Source: an uncultured delta proteobacterium (lineage in GTDB: Bacteria > Myxococcota > B64-G9). Taken from it: DNA of 64,000 nt. The position numbers were made by a program, and so were the translations under genes. Positions 20,051 through 30,223 of the stretch are shown one piece after another. The stretch covers positions 96,001 to 160,000 of the forward strand of contig CAVWHX010000012.1 in assembly GCA_963754925.1 (NCBI GenBank), in the 5' to 3' direction. The notes under the pieces were generated by a model. The model saw only the letters and a program-made list of their open reading frames with translations, did no database searches and was not told the origin of the DNA. How positions within the stretch are numbered: the first letter of the stretch is position 1; each line of letters begins with the position of its first letter.

Positions 20051-20053
20051 AAG

Positions 20054-22030
20054 TTACTTTTTGCGGGTATCGACTAATACCTTAACAACGCTGGGGTCTG
20101 CCAAGGTGGAGGTGTCGCCGATCGAGTCGATCTCGTTGGCCGCGATCTTGCGCAGAATGCGGCGCATGATCTTGCCCGAGCGGGTCTTGGGCAACGCATC
20201 GGCCCAGTGAATGAAGTCTGGGGTGGCGATTGGTCCCATGACCTTGCGGACATGGGCGACCAGCTCTTTCCTCAGATCTTCCGATTTCTCAACACCGGCC
20301 TTCAGGGTGACATAGGCGTAGATACCTTCGCCCTTGATGTCGTGCGGGTAGCCGACCACTGCGGCCTCGGCCACCTTGGTGTAACTGACCAACGCGCTTT
20401 CGATCTCGGCCGTCCCCAAACGGTGACCAGAGACCTTGATGACATCGTCCACGCGGCCGGTGATCCAGTAATAACCGTCTTCGTCGCGGCGGGCGCCGTC
20501 GCCGGTGAAATACAAACCCGGGAACATCGTGAAATACAGCTCCTTGAAACGTTCATGCTGGCCGTATACCGTGCGCATGATTCCGGGCCACGGCTCCTTG
20601 ATGCACAACCGTCCCGAATCGGCGCCCTTGATCTCCTGGCCTTTCTCGTCAACCAACACCGGTACGACACCAAAGAACGGCAGTGTGGCCGAACCGGGCT
20701 TGAGCGGAATCGCGCCGGGAAGCGGGGTGATCAGAATGCCACCGGTTTCGGTTTGCCACCAGGTGTCGACGATCGGGCAACGTTCTTTGCCGATAACGCG
20801 GTGGTACCACAACCAAGCTTCGGGGTTGATCGGCTCGCCGACGGTTCCCAGCAGGCGCAGGCTGGTCAGCTTGCGCTTGTTCGGGAATTCCTCACCCTCG
20901 CGCATCAGAGAGCGAAGGGCGGTCGGGGCGGTGTAGAAGATGGTCACCTTGTGTTTGTCAACCACATCCCAGAAACGGCCCGAATCCGGATACGTCGGGA
21001 CGCCCTCGAACTGCACGGTGGTCGCACCCTGGGAGAGGGGTCCGTACACGATGTAGGAGTGGCCGGTTATCCAGCCGATATCGGCCGTACACCAGTGAAT
21101 GTCGTTTTCGTGGTAATCGAAGATGTACTTGAAACTCATGCCGGTGTAAACCATATACCCACCGATGGTGTGCAGCACGCCCTTGGGTTTGCCGGTCGAG
21201 CCCGAGGTATAGAGAATGAAGAACGGATCCTCGGCATCCATCCACTCCACCGGGCAGTCTTTTGAGGCGTTCTTGATCAGATCGTGCCACCACTCGTCGC
21301 GGCCGGCTTTCATCGGCGTCTCAATACCCTTGCCTGAGCCCACGCGTTCGTAGACGATGCAGGTTTTCATTGAGTGGCCGCTCTTGCTGCAGATATCCAT
21401 GGCGGCGTCGGCGTTGGCTTTCATCGAAACCGCTTTCTTGCCGCGGAAGGTTCCGTCGGTGGTGATCAACACGGTGCAGGTGGAATCAAGGATGCGGTCC
21501 GCCAGCGACTCGCCGGAGAACGCGCCAAACACGCACGAATGAATCGCGCCGATGCGTGCGCACGCGAGCATCGAGATCGCCAGCTCGGGAATCATCGGCA
21601 TGTAAATGCTGACCCGATCGCCCTTCTTCACGCCCTTGGCCTTGAGCACATTGGCGAAGCGGCACACTTCGTCTTTGAGCTGAGCGTAGGTGAACTTCTT
21701 TGATTCAGTCGGCTCGTTGCCTTCCCAGATCAGCGCTACCTTGTCCTTGCGTTTGCCCTCAACATGCCGGTCGAGGCAGTTGTAAGCGATGTTCGTCTTG
21801 GCGCCGGCGTAGAACTTGATGTCGATCTTGCCGGTGAAGTCATAGGAGCGCACCTTTGACCACTTTTCCTTCCAGTAGAAGCTTTCGGCCATCTCGGCCC
21901 AAAACCCATTGGGATCCTTGATGGACCGATCGTACATCTTGCGATATTCGTCCATCGATTTGATCCACGCATTCTTCGCAAACTCCTTCGGGGGATTGAA
22001 CACCTGCTCTTTCGACTTTTCTTCTGCCAT
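20054..22030 (-). CDS. acs: Acetyl-CoA synthetase (AMP-forming)
   Basis: [62 protein letters not shown] 22030 follows AGGAG. Confidence 0.97.
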   Translation of the reverse strand: MAEEKSKEQVFNPPKEFAKNAWIKSMDEYRKMYDRSIKDPNGFWAEMAESFYWKEKWSKVRSYDFTGKIDIKFYAGAKTNIAYNCLDRHVEGKRKDKVALIWEGNEPTESKKFTYAQLKDEVCRFANVLKAKGVKKGDRVSIYMPMIPELAISMLACARIGAIHSCVFGAFSGESLADRILDSTCTVLITTDGTFRGKKAVSMKANADAAMDICSKSGHSMKTCIVYERVGSGKGIETPMKAGRDEWWHDLIKNASKDCPVEWMDAEDPFFILYTSGSTGKPKGVLHTIGGYMVYTGMSFKYIFDYHENDIHWCTADIGWITGHSYIVYGPLSQGATTVQFEGVPTYPDSGRFWDVVDKHKVTIFYTAPTALRSLMREGEEFPNKRKLTSLRLLGTVGEPINPEAWLWYHRVIGKERCPIVDTWWQTETGGILITPLPGAIPLKPGSATLPFFGVVPVLVDEKGQEIKGADSGRLCIKEPWPGIMRTVYGQHERFKELYFTMFPGLYFTGDGARRDEDGYYWITGRVDDVIKVSGHRLGTAEIESALVSYTKVAEAAVVGYPHDIKGEGIYAYVTLKAGVEKSEDLRKELVAHVRKVMGPIATPDFIHWADALPKTRSGKIMRRILRKIAANEIDSIGDTSTLADPSVVKVLVDTRKK

Positions 22031-22174
22031 TGTGTTTTCTCCTGTGATCATGACGTTGAACGGAGGCAACGCCTGTTATTTGTCAACGAAGCGTTACTTA
22101 GGTATCATAGATTGACATTTGAGTCAAGCGAAACTGTACACGATGGAACCGACAAACAATATGCCAGCGGCTCG

Positions 22175-23608
22175 TTACCACAACGCCGCAAACTGCACTT
22201 GCAGGGCTAGGTTCGTTTGACGTTTTTGCATTTCCTCGAGCGGGATATCGCAGAATAAATCCACCAAAATTCTGAAATGCTTCTCTTCCAGCCAGAAGTG
22301 CGGACCCATGGTGATGCGCATGAGCATTTGATCTTTGGCGTCCAGATTCGGATCAACCCAGTCAACACGAAGTATGGGCTCGATCAAACTAGTGAAACGG
22401 TAGCCGATATGAGCCCACCCTCCCAACGCTTTTTGGTCACTCACCTCAGCGATGCCGCCACCGCCCTCGCGATGCTTGAGGTAGCGCCACATAAACTCGC
22501 CCACAACATGAAGCTTGCCGTCATTATATTCAACCCCAGGGCCACCCATGATAAGCGTATCGTCGGGAACGAGCTTGCCTTTATTAGGACCGTCGGTATA
22601 GCGCATGAGTGTTCCATCGGCATTATAAACTGAGGGGAACCCGAGCCACGCATTGAAATCAATGGAAAGAGTGTTCATCGGCTTGTATGAAGCCCGCAGC
22701 ATCACGTCCTTGGCCCGGTTGTTGTCAACCGTGTTGTTGACGGTTTTAGTACCATCGAGCACAAACGGGACCGATCCCATCTGCATGTAAACATTGAGGG
22801 GTTCTTGTTGATAGGGGGTATTTATCATTCCGTTGAAGACGCCAACTATGAGCACAACCTTATCGATAGGCTTATAGGTTATATCAAGCCCCAATTGGCG
22901 CCATACGCCAAAGCTTCCGTAAATGGGCAGGTTCTTGCTGTTATACATCGTAGGCAGAGCGAGGTATAGGGGATAATTGATGGCCGCAAGATCCGCCGTA
23001 TTACGAGGCATCATATACGAAAATTCGGGCACAAATCTGCCGACCCTGACACTCAGTCCGGTGTCCCAAAACCTGTATCCAAGGAACATGTCAAGCGCAA
23101 AAGATTTCTCGTCTTTCGCATCGCCCTGGAAGAAGTAGGTTAAATTTTCTGAAACAACATGTCCCTTAATCATTATACGAGCGCGTTGAAAGGAAAAGCC
23201 GATTCTCTCAAAACGATCGTCGGTCTTGATTTCCTTTTCTCCGGAAATGGGCCCAACCGTCAGGTGATACACATCATCGAGCAGCGTTTGAAAAACCCCA
23301 AGTATGGTGATCGACCCGTACTGCGTGTTCACACTCGGAATAAAACCTTCATGACTTCCCGGAGCGGCCGCACCCGCTCCAACCAGCGGCTTCTCTTCCT
23401 TCTTCTCAACCACCGCTGCCGACTGCTCGGGTGCCTTCACTTCAGCATTTTCTACGGCTTTCTCTTCGTCATTCTCGACAACGGCAGGTTGCGGTGCAAG
23501 CTCAGAACCGCTTTTTTCCTGTGCAACAACAGCACCTGCTACCAACATGAAGCTGAAAAACGATGCCATCAACACACGTGACCATGAAAGAGAACGCTTC
23601 CGGACCAT
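22175..23608 (-). CDS. Outer-membrane porin (phosphate-selective porin O/P-like)
   Basis: Signal peptide; F.FQRARIMIKG; GVFNG; DNNRAKDVMLR; EPILRVDWVDP; ends in an aromatic residue. ATG 23608 follows AAGGAG. Confidence 0.7.
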   Translation of the reverse strand: MVRKRSLSWSRVLMASFFSFMLVAGAVVAQEKSGSELAPQPAVVENDEEKAVENAEVKAPEQSAAVVEKKEEKPLVGAGAAAPGSHEGFIPSVNTQYGSITILGVFQTLLDDVYHLTVGPISGEKEIKTDDRFERIGFSFQRARIMIKGHVVSENLTYFFQGDAKDEKSFALDMFLGYRFWDTGLSVRVGRFVPEFSYMMPRNTADLAAINYPLYLALPTMYNSKNLPIYGSFGVWRQLGLDITYKPIDKVVLIVGVFNGMINTPYQQEPLNVYMQMGSVPFVLDGTKTVNNTVDNNRAKDVMLRASYKPMNTLSIDFNAWLGFPSVYNADGTLMRYTDGPNKGKLVPDDTLIMGGPGVEYNDGKLHVVGEFMWRYLKHREGGGGIAEVSDQKALGGWAHIGYRFTSLIEPILRVDWVDPNLDAKDQMLMRITMGPHFWLEEKHFRILVDLFCDIPLEEMQKRQTNLALQVQFAALW

Positions 23609-23644
23609 GACCAGCTCCTTTCTTGATTTACTTGTCAATCAACT

Positions 23645-23660
23645 TGCTATTAGGGTGCCC
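23645..23660 (-). promoter_or_regulatory. Possible sigma54 -24/-12 promoter for the porin gene
   Basis: Minus strand GGGCAC-CCTAA-TAGCA with correct GG-N10-GC spacing. A TTGACA box nearby gives a sigma70 alternative. Confidence 0.35.
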
Positions 23661-23805
23661 TTGTACTTAGCTTTACCCCTTATGTCAAGAAAGTTCTGTG
23701 CGCGGTAATGGCAACGCCTTTCGCTACTGAAGAACTGGAGAAGTAATAGAACGCTCACTTCGCCATGACATCAACAGAAGCGCACCGATGAACGTAGGTA
23801 GGCGT

Positions 23806-26088
23806 CTATTTGCTACTGGGTAGGCTTTCGAGATCCAGTTTAGCTTCGGACAAATCCGGGGAAAATTTGATGGCCATTTCGAGCGCCTGACGAGCCTTGG
23901 AAAACTGTTTGAGCTGAATATGGACTTTGCCTAACTTATGGTAAGCTTGAGCAAATTCAGGTTTATATAGAATCGCTTTCTGATACTCGCCGAGCGCCAA
24001 ATTGAGGTATTTTGTCGTTTCTTTTTTGTTGGCGGCGGCCTTGTTGTCGTAGATCATCGCCAAGTAATAATGCGCCTTGGCAAGGTTCGGCTTTTCCCTT
24101 ATTGCTCTGGTTAGTTGGGCGACCGCCTCATCTGTCTGCTTTCGGTTTGCGAGGGCTATGCCGAGATCGGCGCGCGCCTCGACCAACTTCGGATCTCGCT
24201 TAAGTGCCTGCTGGTAATAGTTAATTTGCTCCTCGATGTTGCCGCGTTTATCGAAGACATCGCCCATACGGTATAACGCCACGGCATTTTTATCATCTTG
24301 GGCGATGACGCCCTGGTATTCAGCCGCCGCTAAATCCATCAACCCGCGATCGCGGTACAGATCACCGAGAACAATCCGAGCCTCGGATCGTTTGGGATCG
24401 ATCCTGAGCACCTCCTTGGCATGGAAGATGGCTTGTTCGAAATCAGAAGCCTCGACCAGAAGCGGCACCAACGCCTCGTGCGGCTCTATCTGATTGGGGT
24501 TTAGGCGCACAACCTCAAGGAGCTCTTCGAGAGCCTCCTGGCGGCGGCCCTGGTTGGCCATGGTTTTAGCCAGGTGCAGGCGCGCCATGGCATCAGATGG
24601 GTTGACCGCCAACGCTTTCTTGAAGGCCTGCTCGGCTTTTTCAAGCTCGCCTTCTTTGAACAGCACCAGTCCTAGTTTGGTTTGAAACTCAGTTTTACCA
24701 GGGTTAATGGAAATGGCCTTGCGAAAGTGCTGCATGGCGCGGGAGACATCGCCTTTTTGGTAGTAGGCTTCGCCCAACGCGGCGTGCGCCTCGGCATAGT
24801 CCTTGTCAATTATCAGCGTCTCGTTGAGCTTGCCGATCGCCGCGTCGTAGTTTTTGGCGTTGAGATACGCCAGGCCCAGGTTGAAGTGCGCCTCTAAATA
24901 TTTCGGGTTTTTCTCGCATGCGCTGGTATACGCATTGATCATCTTCTCGTGATCGTCTTTCCGACTGTAAGCCACCCCCAAGTTATTGTAGGCCTCGGCG
25001 TAGTTTGGATCGAGATCGATCGCCCGTTGATACGCTGCGATGGCCTCGTCCAGCTTGCCCTGCCGAAAATATGCCAATCCCTGATTGTAGTGAAACTCCG
25101 GATCGTCGGGGCGCAGGTCGAGCGCCTTACGATAGGCAGCGATCGCCGCGTCGATTTGATTTTGTTCGTAGAGCAAGTTGCCAAGGTTATTGTAGGCGTC
25201 GGCAAAGTGTGGCTCGGCTTCGATCGCCAGGTGATAGGCCTCGGCCGCACCTTTAAAATTCAAGTCCGCCCGGTAGAGATCGGCCAGTTGAAAATACGCC
25301 ACGGCGAATTTAGGGTTTATCTCGGTTGCGGTCTTGTATGCGGCGACCGCCATGGCGCGTTTGCCGACGCGGGTATAGACCACACCCATATTGAAATAAG
25401 CCTCGACCATCTCGGGATGGGCGTTGAGAATCTCTCGGTAACGGTCGAGCGCTTCATCAAAATGGCCCATACGTTGCTGAAGCGCCGCTAGATTAAGCCG
25501 GGCATCGGTCTCGGTCGGACTCAGTTTTATCACCTTCTGATAGAACTCTTCTGCGGTCTTGTAGGCATCAAGGCTGTGTTGGAGATCGCCCATGCTGTGG
25601 TACGCCAGAGCCAGCGTAAAGGTCGCCTCGACATCGCCGGGGTTGGCCTTAACCACTTTCGTGTACTCATCGATTACCTCTTTAAGTGATTCATCAGCTC
25701 GTAACTTATCCTGACCGCGCAGCAGGGCTTCATCGCTGGCCTTCTTACTCTCAACTTCAGAAGCAGCTCCGCCGGTTTCGTGGCCCGGCGCCGCACCGTT
25801 TTTACCGTTGGTGGTGGCCGCGGGGGTGTCTTTGGAGGTGCTGGGGCCTGCAGCCGTTGAAGCCTTTATTTCCGCCGGTGGGGTCTTCGCCGGCTGCGCT
25901 TGCGCCATCGCGGAAATGGTTATAACCATCGCCGCAAAAAGCTCCACAGCAGTCAAGCAACGCACCTCGACCCGTCTAGCTGTGTCGAAGACTCCGGGGG
26001 AATGCTCACAATCAATAGATTGCTCCGCTTCCCTCCTCGTCTTCTCCTTGCCAGACAGGCCGATCCGCGTTGCTTTTGTAATTTTCAT
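23806..26088 (-). CDS. Exported long canonical TPR-repeat protein (start uncertain)
   Basis: Many tandem 34-aa TPRs (ADAYNNLGNLLY..., AEAYNNLGVAY...); internal signal-like segment ending AMAQA; last gene of the second glt-like operon. Confidence 0.85.
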   Translation of the reverse strand: MKITKATRIGLSGKEKTRREAEQSIDCEHSPGVFDTARRVEVRCLTAVELFAAMVITISAMAQAQPAKTPPAEIKASTAAGPSTSKDTPAATTNGKNGAAPGHETGGAASEVESKKASDEALLRGQDKLRADESLKEVIDEYTKVVKANPGDVEATFTLALAYHSMGDLQHSLDAYKTAEEFYQKVIKLSPTETDARLNLAALQQRMGHFDEALDRYREILNAHPEMVEAYFNMGVVYTRVGKRAMAVAAYKTATEINPKFAVAYFQLADLYRADLNFKGAAEAYHLAIEAEPHFADAYNNLGNLLYEQNQIDAAIAAYRKALDLRPDDPEFHYNQGLAYFRQGKLDEAIAAYQRAIDLDPNYAEAYNNLGVAYSRKDDHEKMINAYTSACEKNPKYLEAHFNLGLAYLNAKNYDAAIGKLNETLIIDKDYAEAHAALGEAYYQKGDVSRAMQHFRKAISINPGKTEFQTKLGLVLFKEGELEKAEQAFKKALAVNPSDAMARLHLAKTMANQGRRQEALEELLEVVRLNPNQIEPHEALVPLLVEASDFEQAIFHAKEVLRIDPKRSEARIVLGDLYRDRGLMDLAAAEYQGVIAQDDKNAVALYRMGDVFDKRGNIEEQINYYQQALKRDPKLVEARADLGIALANRKQTDEAVAQLTRAIREKPNLAKAHYYLAMIYDNKAAANKKETTKYLNLALGEYQKAILYKPEFAQAYHKLGKVHIQLKQFSKARQALEMAIKFSPDLSEAKLDLESLPSSK

Positions 26089-26115
26089 CGCCTATCACCT
26101 GAACGGTTAAGTTTT

Positions 26116-26879
26116 TTATTTATTCGTGCTCTCAGTCCACCAACCCTTATCTGACTCACCGATCGCGCCGTAGTATTCTTTCTTTGCCGCCAACCATTTC
26201 TCTTCCGATCTCTTCAGCTTCGCGGCTTCGGCATCAACGTCTTTGCGGAAGTCGTTGACATAATCTTCGATCTTTTTGACCTGTTTAACAAAATCCGCTT
26301 CGTCTTTATTAAAGGCTATCGAGTGTCCTTAACCAACTGTACCTTGACTAGTTCAAACTGTGCCTTGGCAAGCAGCAGCTCTTTATCGGCAAGTTTATAC
26401 AGGCTATGTTGGTGATCAAGATCGTCCTCGAGGTAATCCACCTTTACGTTGAGCATATGGATCTCTAACTTGATCGTATCGGCGTTGCGCGCCGTTGCAG
26501 CCGAGCGTGCTTTCTTTGACTCATCGATCTTGGTTTTGGTCCGGGAAATCTCGAGCTCAGTGTTCTCGATCTGGCGCTTGATTGATCCCTTGTGATCCAC
26601 CGCAATCGTCACCAATGTCTCGGCTTGAAACACGGACTTGCGACTGTTTTTCGGGAGGCGCAGCAAGAGATCATCAGGAACCGTCAGCGATAGCGAGGGC
26701 CCACAACTAACGAGTCCTCCGAACATAACTGCACATGACAGCATGCGCACCAAAACCCCCGACGACCTGCCGAGCCCGAATCTCAGAAAACCCTTTCTGC
26801 TACGCGAAGGATTGCCGGAGGGCATCGCGGATCCTTGTCGGTGGCGGCGGTAACGCGTTGAAGTCATGAAGGTCGGCAT
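26116..26879 (-). CDS. Coiled-coil lipoprotein; frameshift at ~26328
   Basis: Lipobox LVSC. ORF 26316..26879 continues in the shifted frame (HSIAFNKDEADFVKQVKK...DKGWWTESTNK*) to a stop at 26116-18. Confidence 0.65.
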
Positions 26880-26899
26880 TGCCAGCGCTCCTTGTTATT

Positions 26900-29800
26900 T
26901 CATTGCAGCTTGAGCTCGCCCATTGCATCCTTGACGGTTGGGTAGAGCTCAGGGGCGGAGAGGTCCATAGTTTTCACCTGGGCGAGAACATTCGAGAGCA
27001 GCGACCGGGCGCGGGTCTCGTCTTGGTATTGATAGAACAACGTTGCCAGGTTGAGTCGCGCCGGAAGGTTTTGACTATCGGTTTCCAACGACTTTTTAAA
27101 GAAGTCGTACGCCGATTGGTCATTGCCGAGGTGCCGGGAAACCACTCCCATGAGATTGAGGGTCTGCGAATGGTTCTCATTAATCTCGAGAGCCTTGCTC
27201 AACACCAATTTGGCCAGGTACAGGTCTCGACTCTGGAGAGCTTGCGTGGCAAGGTCGTCGAGCGTTTGCAGGTCGGCGGGGTTTTTCAGCAGCTTGGCCT
27301 TGAGGGCATCGACCTGCGGACCCTGGGCTCGCCCGCCGCCCCGGCGGCGAACGAGATCGTCAGCCGTCGGTGGTTCTCTTTTGTAACAGGCCAGGGCGTA
27401 CGGTCCAAAGACCCGTTTTTCCGTCACCGTCTTGATGCAGGCATCTAAGTAGGTCTTGGAACTGTCCCTCTGCGTTTTAACGAGTTCACCAATTTGTTTC
27501 AAATACTGTTTCTTTTGTTCGGCGTTGAAATCGGTTGGCACCGGTGCCGAGGAAAGAAAATCACCGAAATCATTGTAGAGTGCGGAGAGGTTGTAGAGGG
27601 CGGCGATGGCCCAGTACGCCTCCTTCATCTCTACGACCCCGGCAAAGATTTGCTCAAGCTGGTTGACCGCCTGCATCTTGCTCTGTACCGTCAACGCGTC
27701 GTCTTGACCTGCGCCAAAGCGAATGTTCCGATAGTCATTGACCAGCATTTCGCCCAGGGAGAACTGTGCCTCGGCCGCAAGCGCCCGGTCGCTTCCGCCG
27801 CCAAGGCTTGCCGCGGCGAGGTAGGCGCGCTTGGCCTCATCGCGCTTCCCCTGATGCTCGAGCGCCTTGGCCAACAACAGTTGTCCCTTGACGCTGCCCG
27901 GCCATAGGTCGACTGCCTGCTTCGCGGTTTCAAGCACCATGCGCCAGTCGTCCTGCTTGGAATAAGCCTCGGCGATATCCACTAGGATTTTGCCGCGCTT
28001 ATCGGGGGATTCCTTTTCAAGTAACGCGCGGAAAACGCGCACGGCGTCGCGGAACTCACCCAAAAAATTATACAGGCTGGCCGCGCCGTACATCGCCTCG
28101 CGAGCCTCCGGCTGCGTTGGGAATTTACCGAAGTAGTCTTCATAGAGCGATGCCGCGCGTTCAAAGTCCGCCATCTGCACCGAAAAGTTGCCGAGGGTGG
28201 CGTAGACGTCCTGAAGGTACTTCGAGTGCTGGTACTGGCGGGCCAGTTGGGCGCCAGCCTTGAAGGCCATCTCGAGGTTGCGTTTTTCCTTGGCCATGAC
28301 AAACGAGCGGTAGAGCGCGTTCTCGGCCTGGCCGCCTTCAACCGTGCCGGCGTATTTCAAAAGCTCCTCGATGGCGTCTTTACCCCCGCGCGATACTTCA
28401 AGCGACTTCTTGTCAAGCTCACGGTTTTCAGCCGTCTCGACAATGGCGGCCACTTCCCTTTTGAATTTCTCGTCCCTGATGGCTGGGTCAGAGGCAAAGG
28501 CGCGCCCCTGTTTGGCCAGTCCGCTGTAATCCTCGAGTTGTTTGTAGCAATCCAACACCAGATGACCGGCCACCGCTACTTCCGAGTGGGTGGGATACTG
28601 CTTGATGTACTCAAGGAAGGATTCGATCGCCTCTTTATATTCGCCTTGATCGTAAAACATACGCGCCACGTTGAACTTGATGGTAGGCGTTTTCTCATCC
28701 TTGGGGTAGCTCTTCACATAAAAGGCGCCGAGCTGCTTCAATCCTTGGCGCGCCTCGGTCAGCCCAAAACGCGTCAAGTACTTGGCCTCGCCGAGGGCGC
28801 GCTGGAAGGATTGAATGGCCGAGAACAGCACATCTTTGCGCTCTTTGCTTTCAGACATGCGCCGGGCGATATCCTCGTATACGCGGGCGGACTCGATATA
28901 TTCGTCCGAGTTAAAGAGCGATTCAGCGTAGTTATATCGCACCTCGTCGATCTTTTCAGAGTAGTCGAAAAAGCTGAGGTAATTTTTATAGGCTCGCGCC
29001 GCGATGCGGTAGGCGCGTTTCTCCTGTTGCTTTTGGGCCAACAGGTGCAGCTTGGTGACGATGTCGCGCGCATAAACCTCAAATTCCTTGGCAAGCTGTT
29101 TCTTTTCTTCATCGGGGATTCGCCAGGAGAACGTATACTTCGAGGCGGCCTTGACCAACGCAGCCACGTCCTCGTCGACCTTGTCCTTGTTTTTGGAATA
29201 CGAAGAGGCGTCATAGATGCGTTGACCATAATCGAGGTTGCGCTCGACATCATTTGACAACTCGATAATTCGCCGATAGATCAGAGCGGCACTGTCATAC
29301 TGTTCCTTGATGAAATAACGGTTGGCGAGCTTCTCCAGAGCCTGGACGTAGGAGATCTTCGACGGTGCCAACTTGCGGAAATAATCGAGCGCTATCGTGG
29401 GGGGATGCACCTCGGTATAGCAAAAGACGATACCACTCAACGCCTCGATCTTGATATTGACCATTTTATGGGTGTCGACCGAGATGCCCTCGTCCGGAGT
29501 GTTGTTGGAGGTGACTACCTGTTCAAATAACTCCAGGGCTTTCTTCCAAAACTTTTTGTCCAGCCGAGCGCGGTTAATGGCGATCCAGCCAAGCTTGTAG
29601 CGCGCCATGTCGTGGATCGGCGATTCGCGGAACTCAAGGATGCGGTTGTAAAACTTTTCGGACTCGTCGAAGTTGTCATAATTGAAGTAGTGATCGCCGA
29701 CAATATACAACGCCTCGAGCATCAGCGGGCTTTTGGGGTAGTCGTCGATTAGCTTCTTATAGGTTTCGAGCATGTCATCATGCATGCCGAGCTCGAGGTA

Positions 29801-30223
29801 TTCGTGCCCGAGATAAAACAGCACCTTGTCGTTGTAACGATATTCGGGGAAACGGTGCATCAGGTCTTTGTAGATGGTGATGGCTTCGTTCTTCAGCAGC
29901 TTGGCTTCCGGCGAGGTGGCCGCCTGAGGGCCTTTGGTTTCGACATCGAGGTAGTACACTAGCCGCGACTTCTCGACGTACAACTCGGCCAGCCGAAAGA
30001 TGATGTCAGGCAAAAACAGAGCGCCTTTCGACTTCTTGATCAGGTCGCGGGTGACATCAAGCGAATGATCCACCTTAATGATGTCTCGCTTGAGTCCTTC
30101 CACGAACTCGGTCTTCTCGCCGGCGTTGTCCCCCAAGGTGAAGCCACACAGCCCCACCATCAAGGCAGTTGCAACCGCCATCTTCGTCAGCAGTGTTATC
30201 GTTAATCGGGACATGGGAATCAC
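26900..30223 (-). CDS. GltD-like multi-TPR protein with a GltE-like C-terminal TPR extension (paralog 2)
   Basis: IIFRLAELY, YRYNDKVLFYLG, MARYKLGW and YWAIAALYNL...APVP align by eye with GltD at 6605..10015. Confidence 0.8.
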   Translation of the reverse strand: MIPMSRLTITLLTKMAVATALMVGLCGFTLGDNAGEKTEFVEGLKRDIIKVDHSLDVTRDLIKKSKGALFLPDIIFRLAELYVEKSRLVYYLDVETKGPQAATSPEAKLLKNEAITIYKDLMHRFPEYRYNDKVLFYLGHEYLELGMHDDMLETYKKLIDDYPKSPLMLEALYIVGDHYFNYDNFDESEKFYNRILEFRESPIHDMARYKLGWIAINRARLDKKFWKKALELFEQVVTSNNTPDEGISVDTHKMVNIKIEALSGIVFCYTEVHPPTIALDYFRKLAPSKISYVQALEKLANRYFIKEQYDSAALIYRRIIELSNDVERNLDYGQRIYDASSYSKNKDKVDEDVAALVKAASKYTFSWRIPDEEKKQLAKEFEVYARDIVTKLHLLAQKQQEKRAYRIAARAYKNYLSFFDYSEKIDEVRYNYAESLFNSDEYIESARVYEDIARRMSESKERKDVLFSAIQSFQRALGEAKYLTRFGLTEARQGLKQLGAFYVKSYPKDEKTPTIKFNVARMFYDQGEYKEAIESFLEYIKQYPTHSEVAVAGHLVLDCYKQLEDYSGLAKQGRAFASDPAIRDEKFKREVAAIVETAENRELDKKSLEVSRGGKDAIEELLKYAGTVEGGQAENALYRSFVMAKEKRNLEMAFKAGAQLARQYQHSKYLQDVYATLGNFSVQMADFERAASLYEDYFGKFPTQPEAREAMYGAASLYNFLGEFRDAVRVFRALLEKESPDKRGKILVDIAEAYSKQDDWRMVLETAKQAVDLWPGSVKGQLLLAKALEHQGKRDEAKRAYLAAASLGGGSDRALAAEAQFSLGEMLVNDYRNIRFGAGQDDALTVQSKMQAVNQLEQIFAGVVEMKEAYWAIAALYNLSALYNDFGDFLSSAPVPTDFNAEQKKQYLKQIGELVKTQRDSSKTYLDACIKTVTEKRVFGPYALACYKREPPTADDLVRRRGGGRAQGPQVDALKAKLLKNPADLQTLDDLATQALQSRDLYLAKLVLSKALEINENHSQTLNLMGVVSRHLGNDQSAYDFFKKSLETDSQNLPARLNLATLFYQYQDETRARSLLSNVLAQVKTMDLSAPELYPTVKDAMGELKLQ

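Noticed and set aside
20207..21265. 352-aa plus-strand ORF and similar long antisense ORFs (28226..29257, 57514..58518)
   Set aside because: They lie antisense to well-supported genes and have no recognisable motifs; typical codon-bias shadows.
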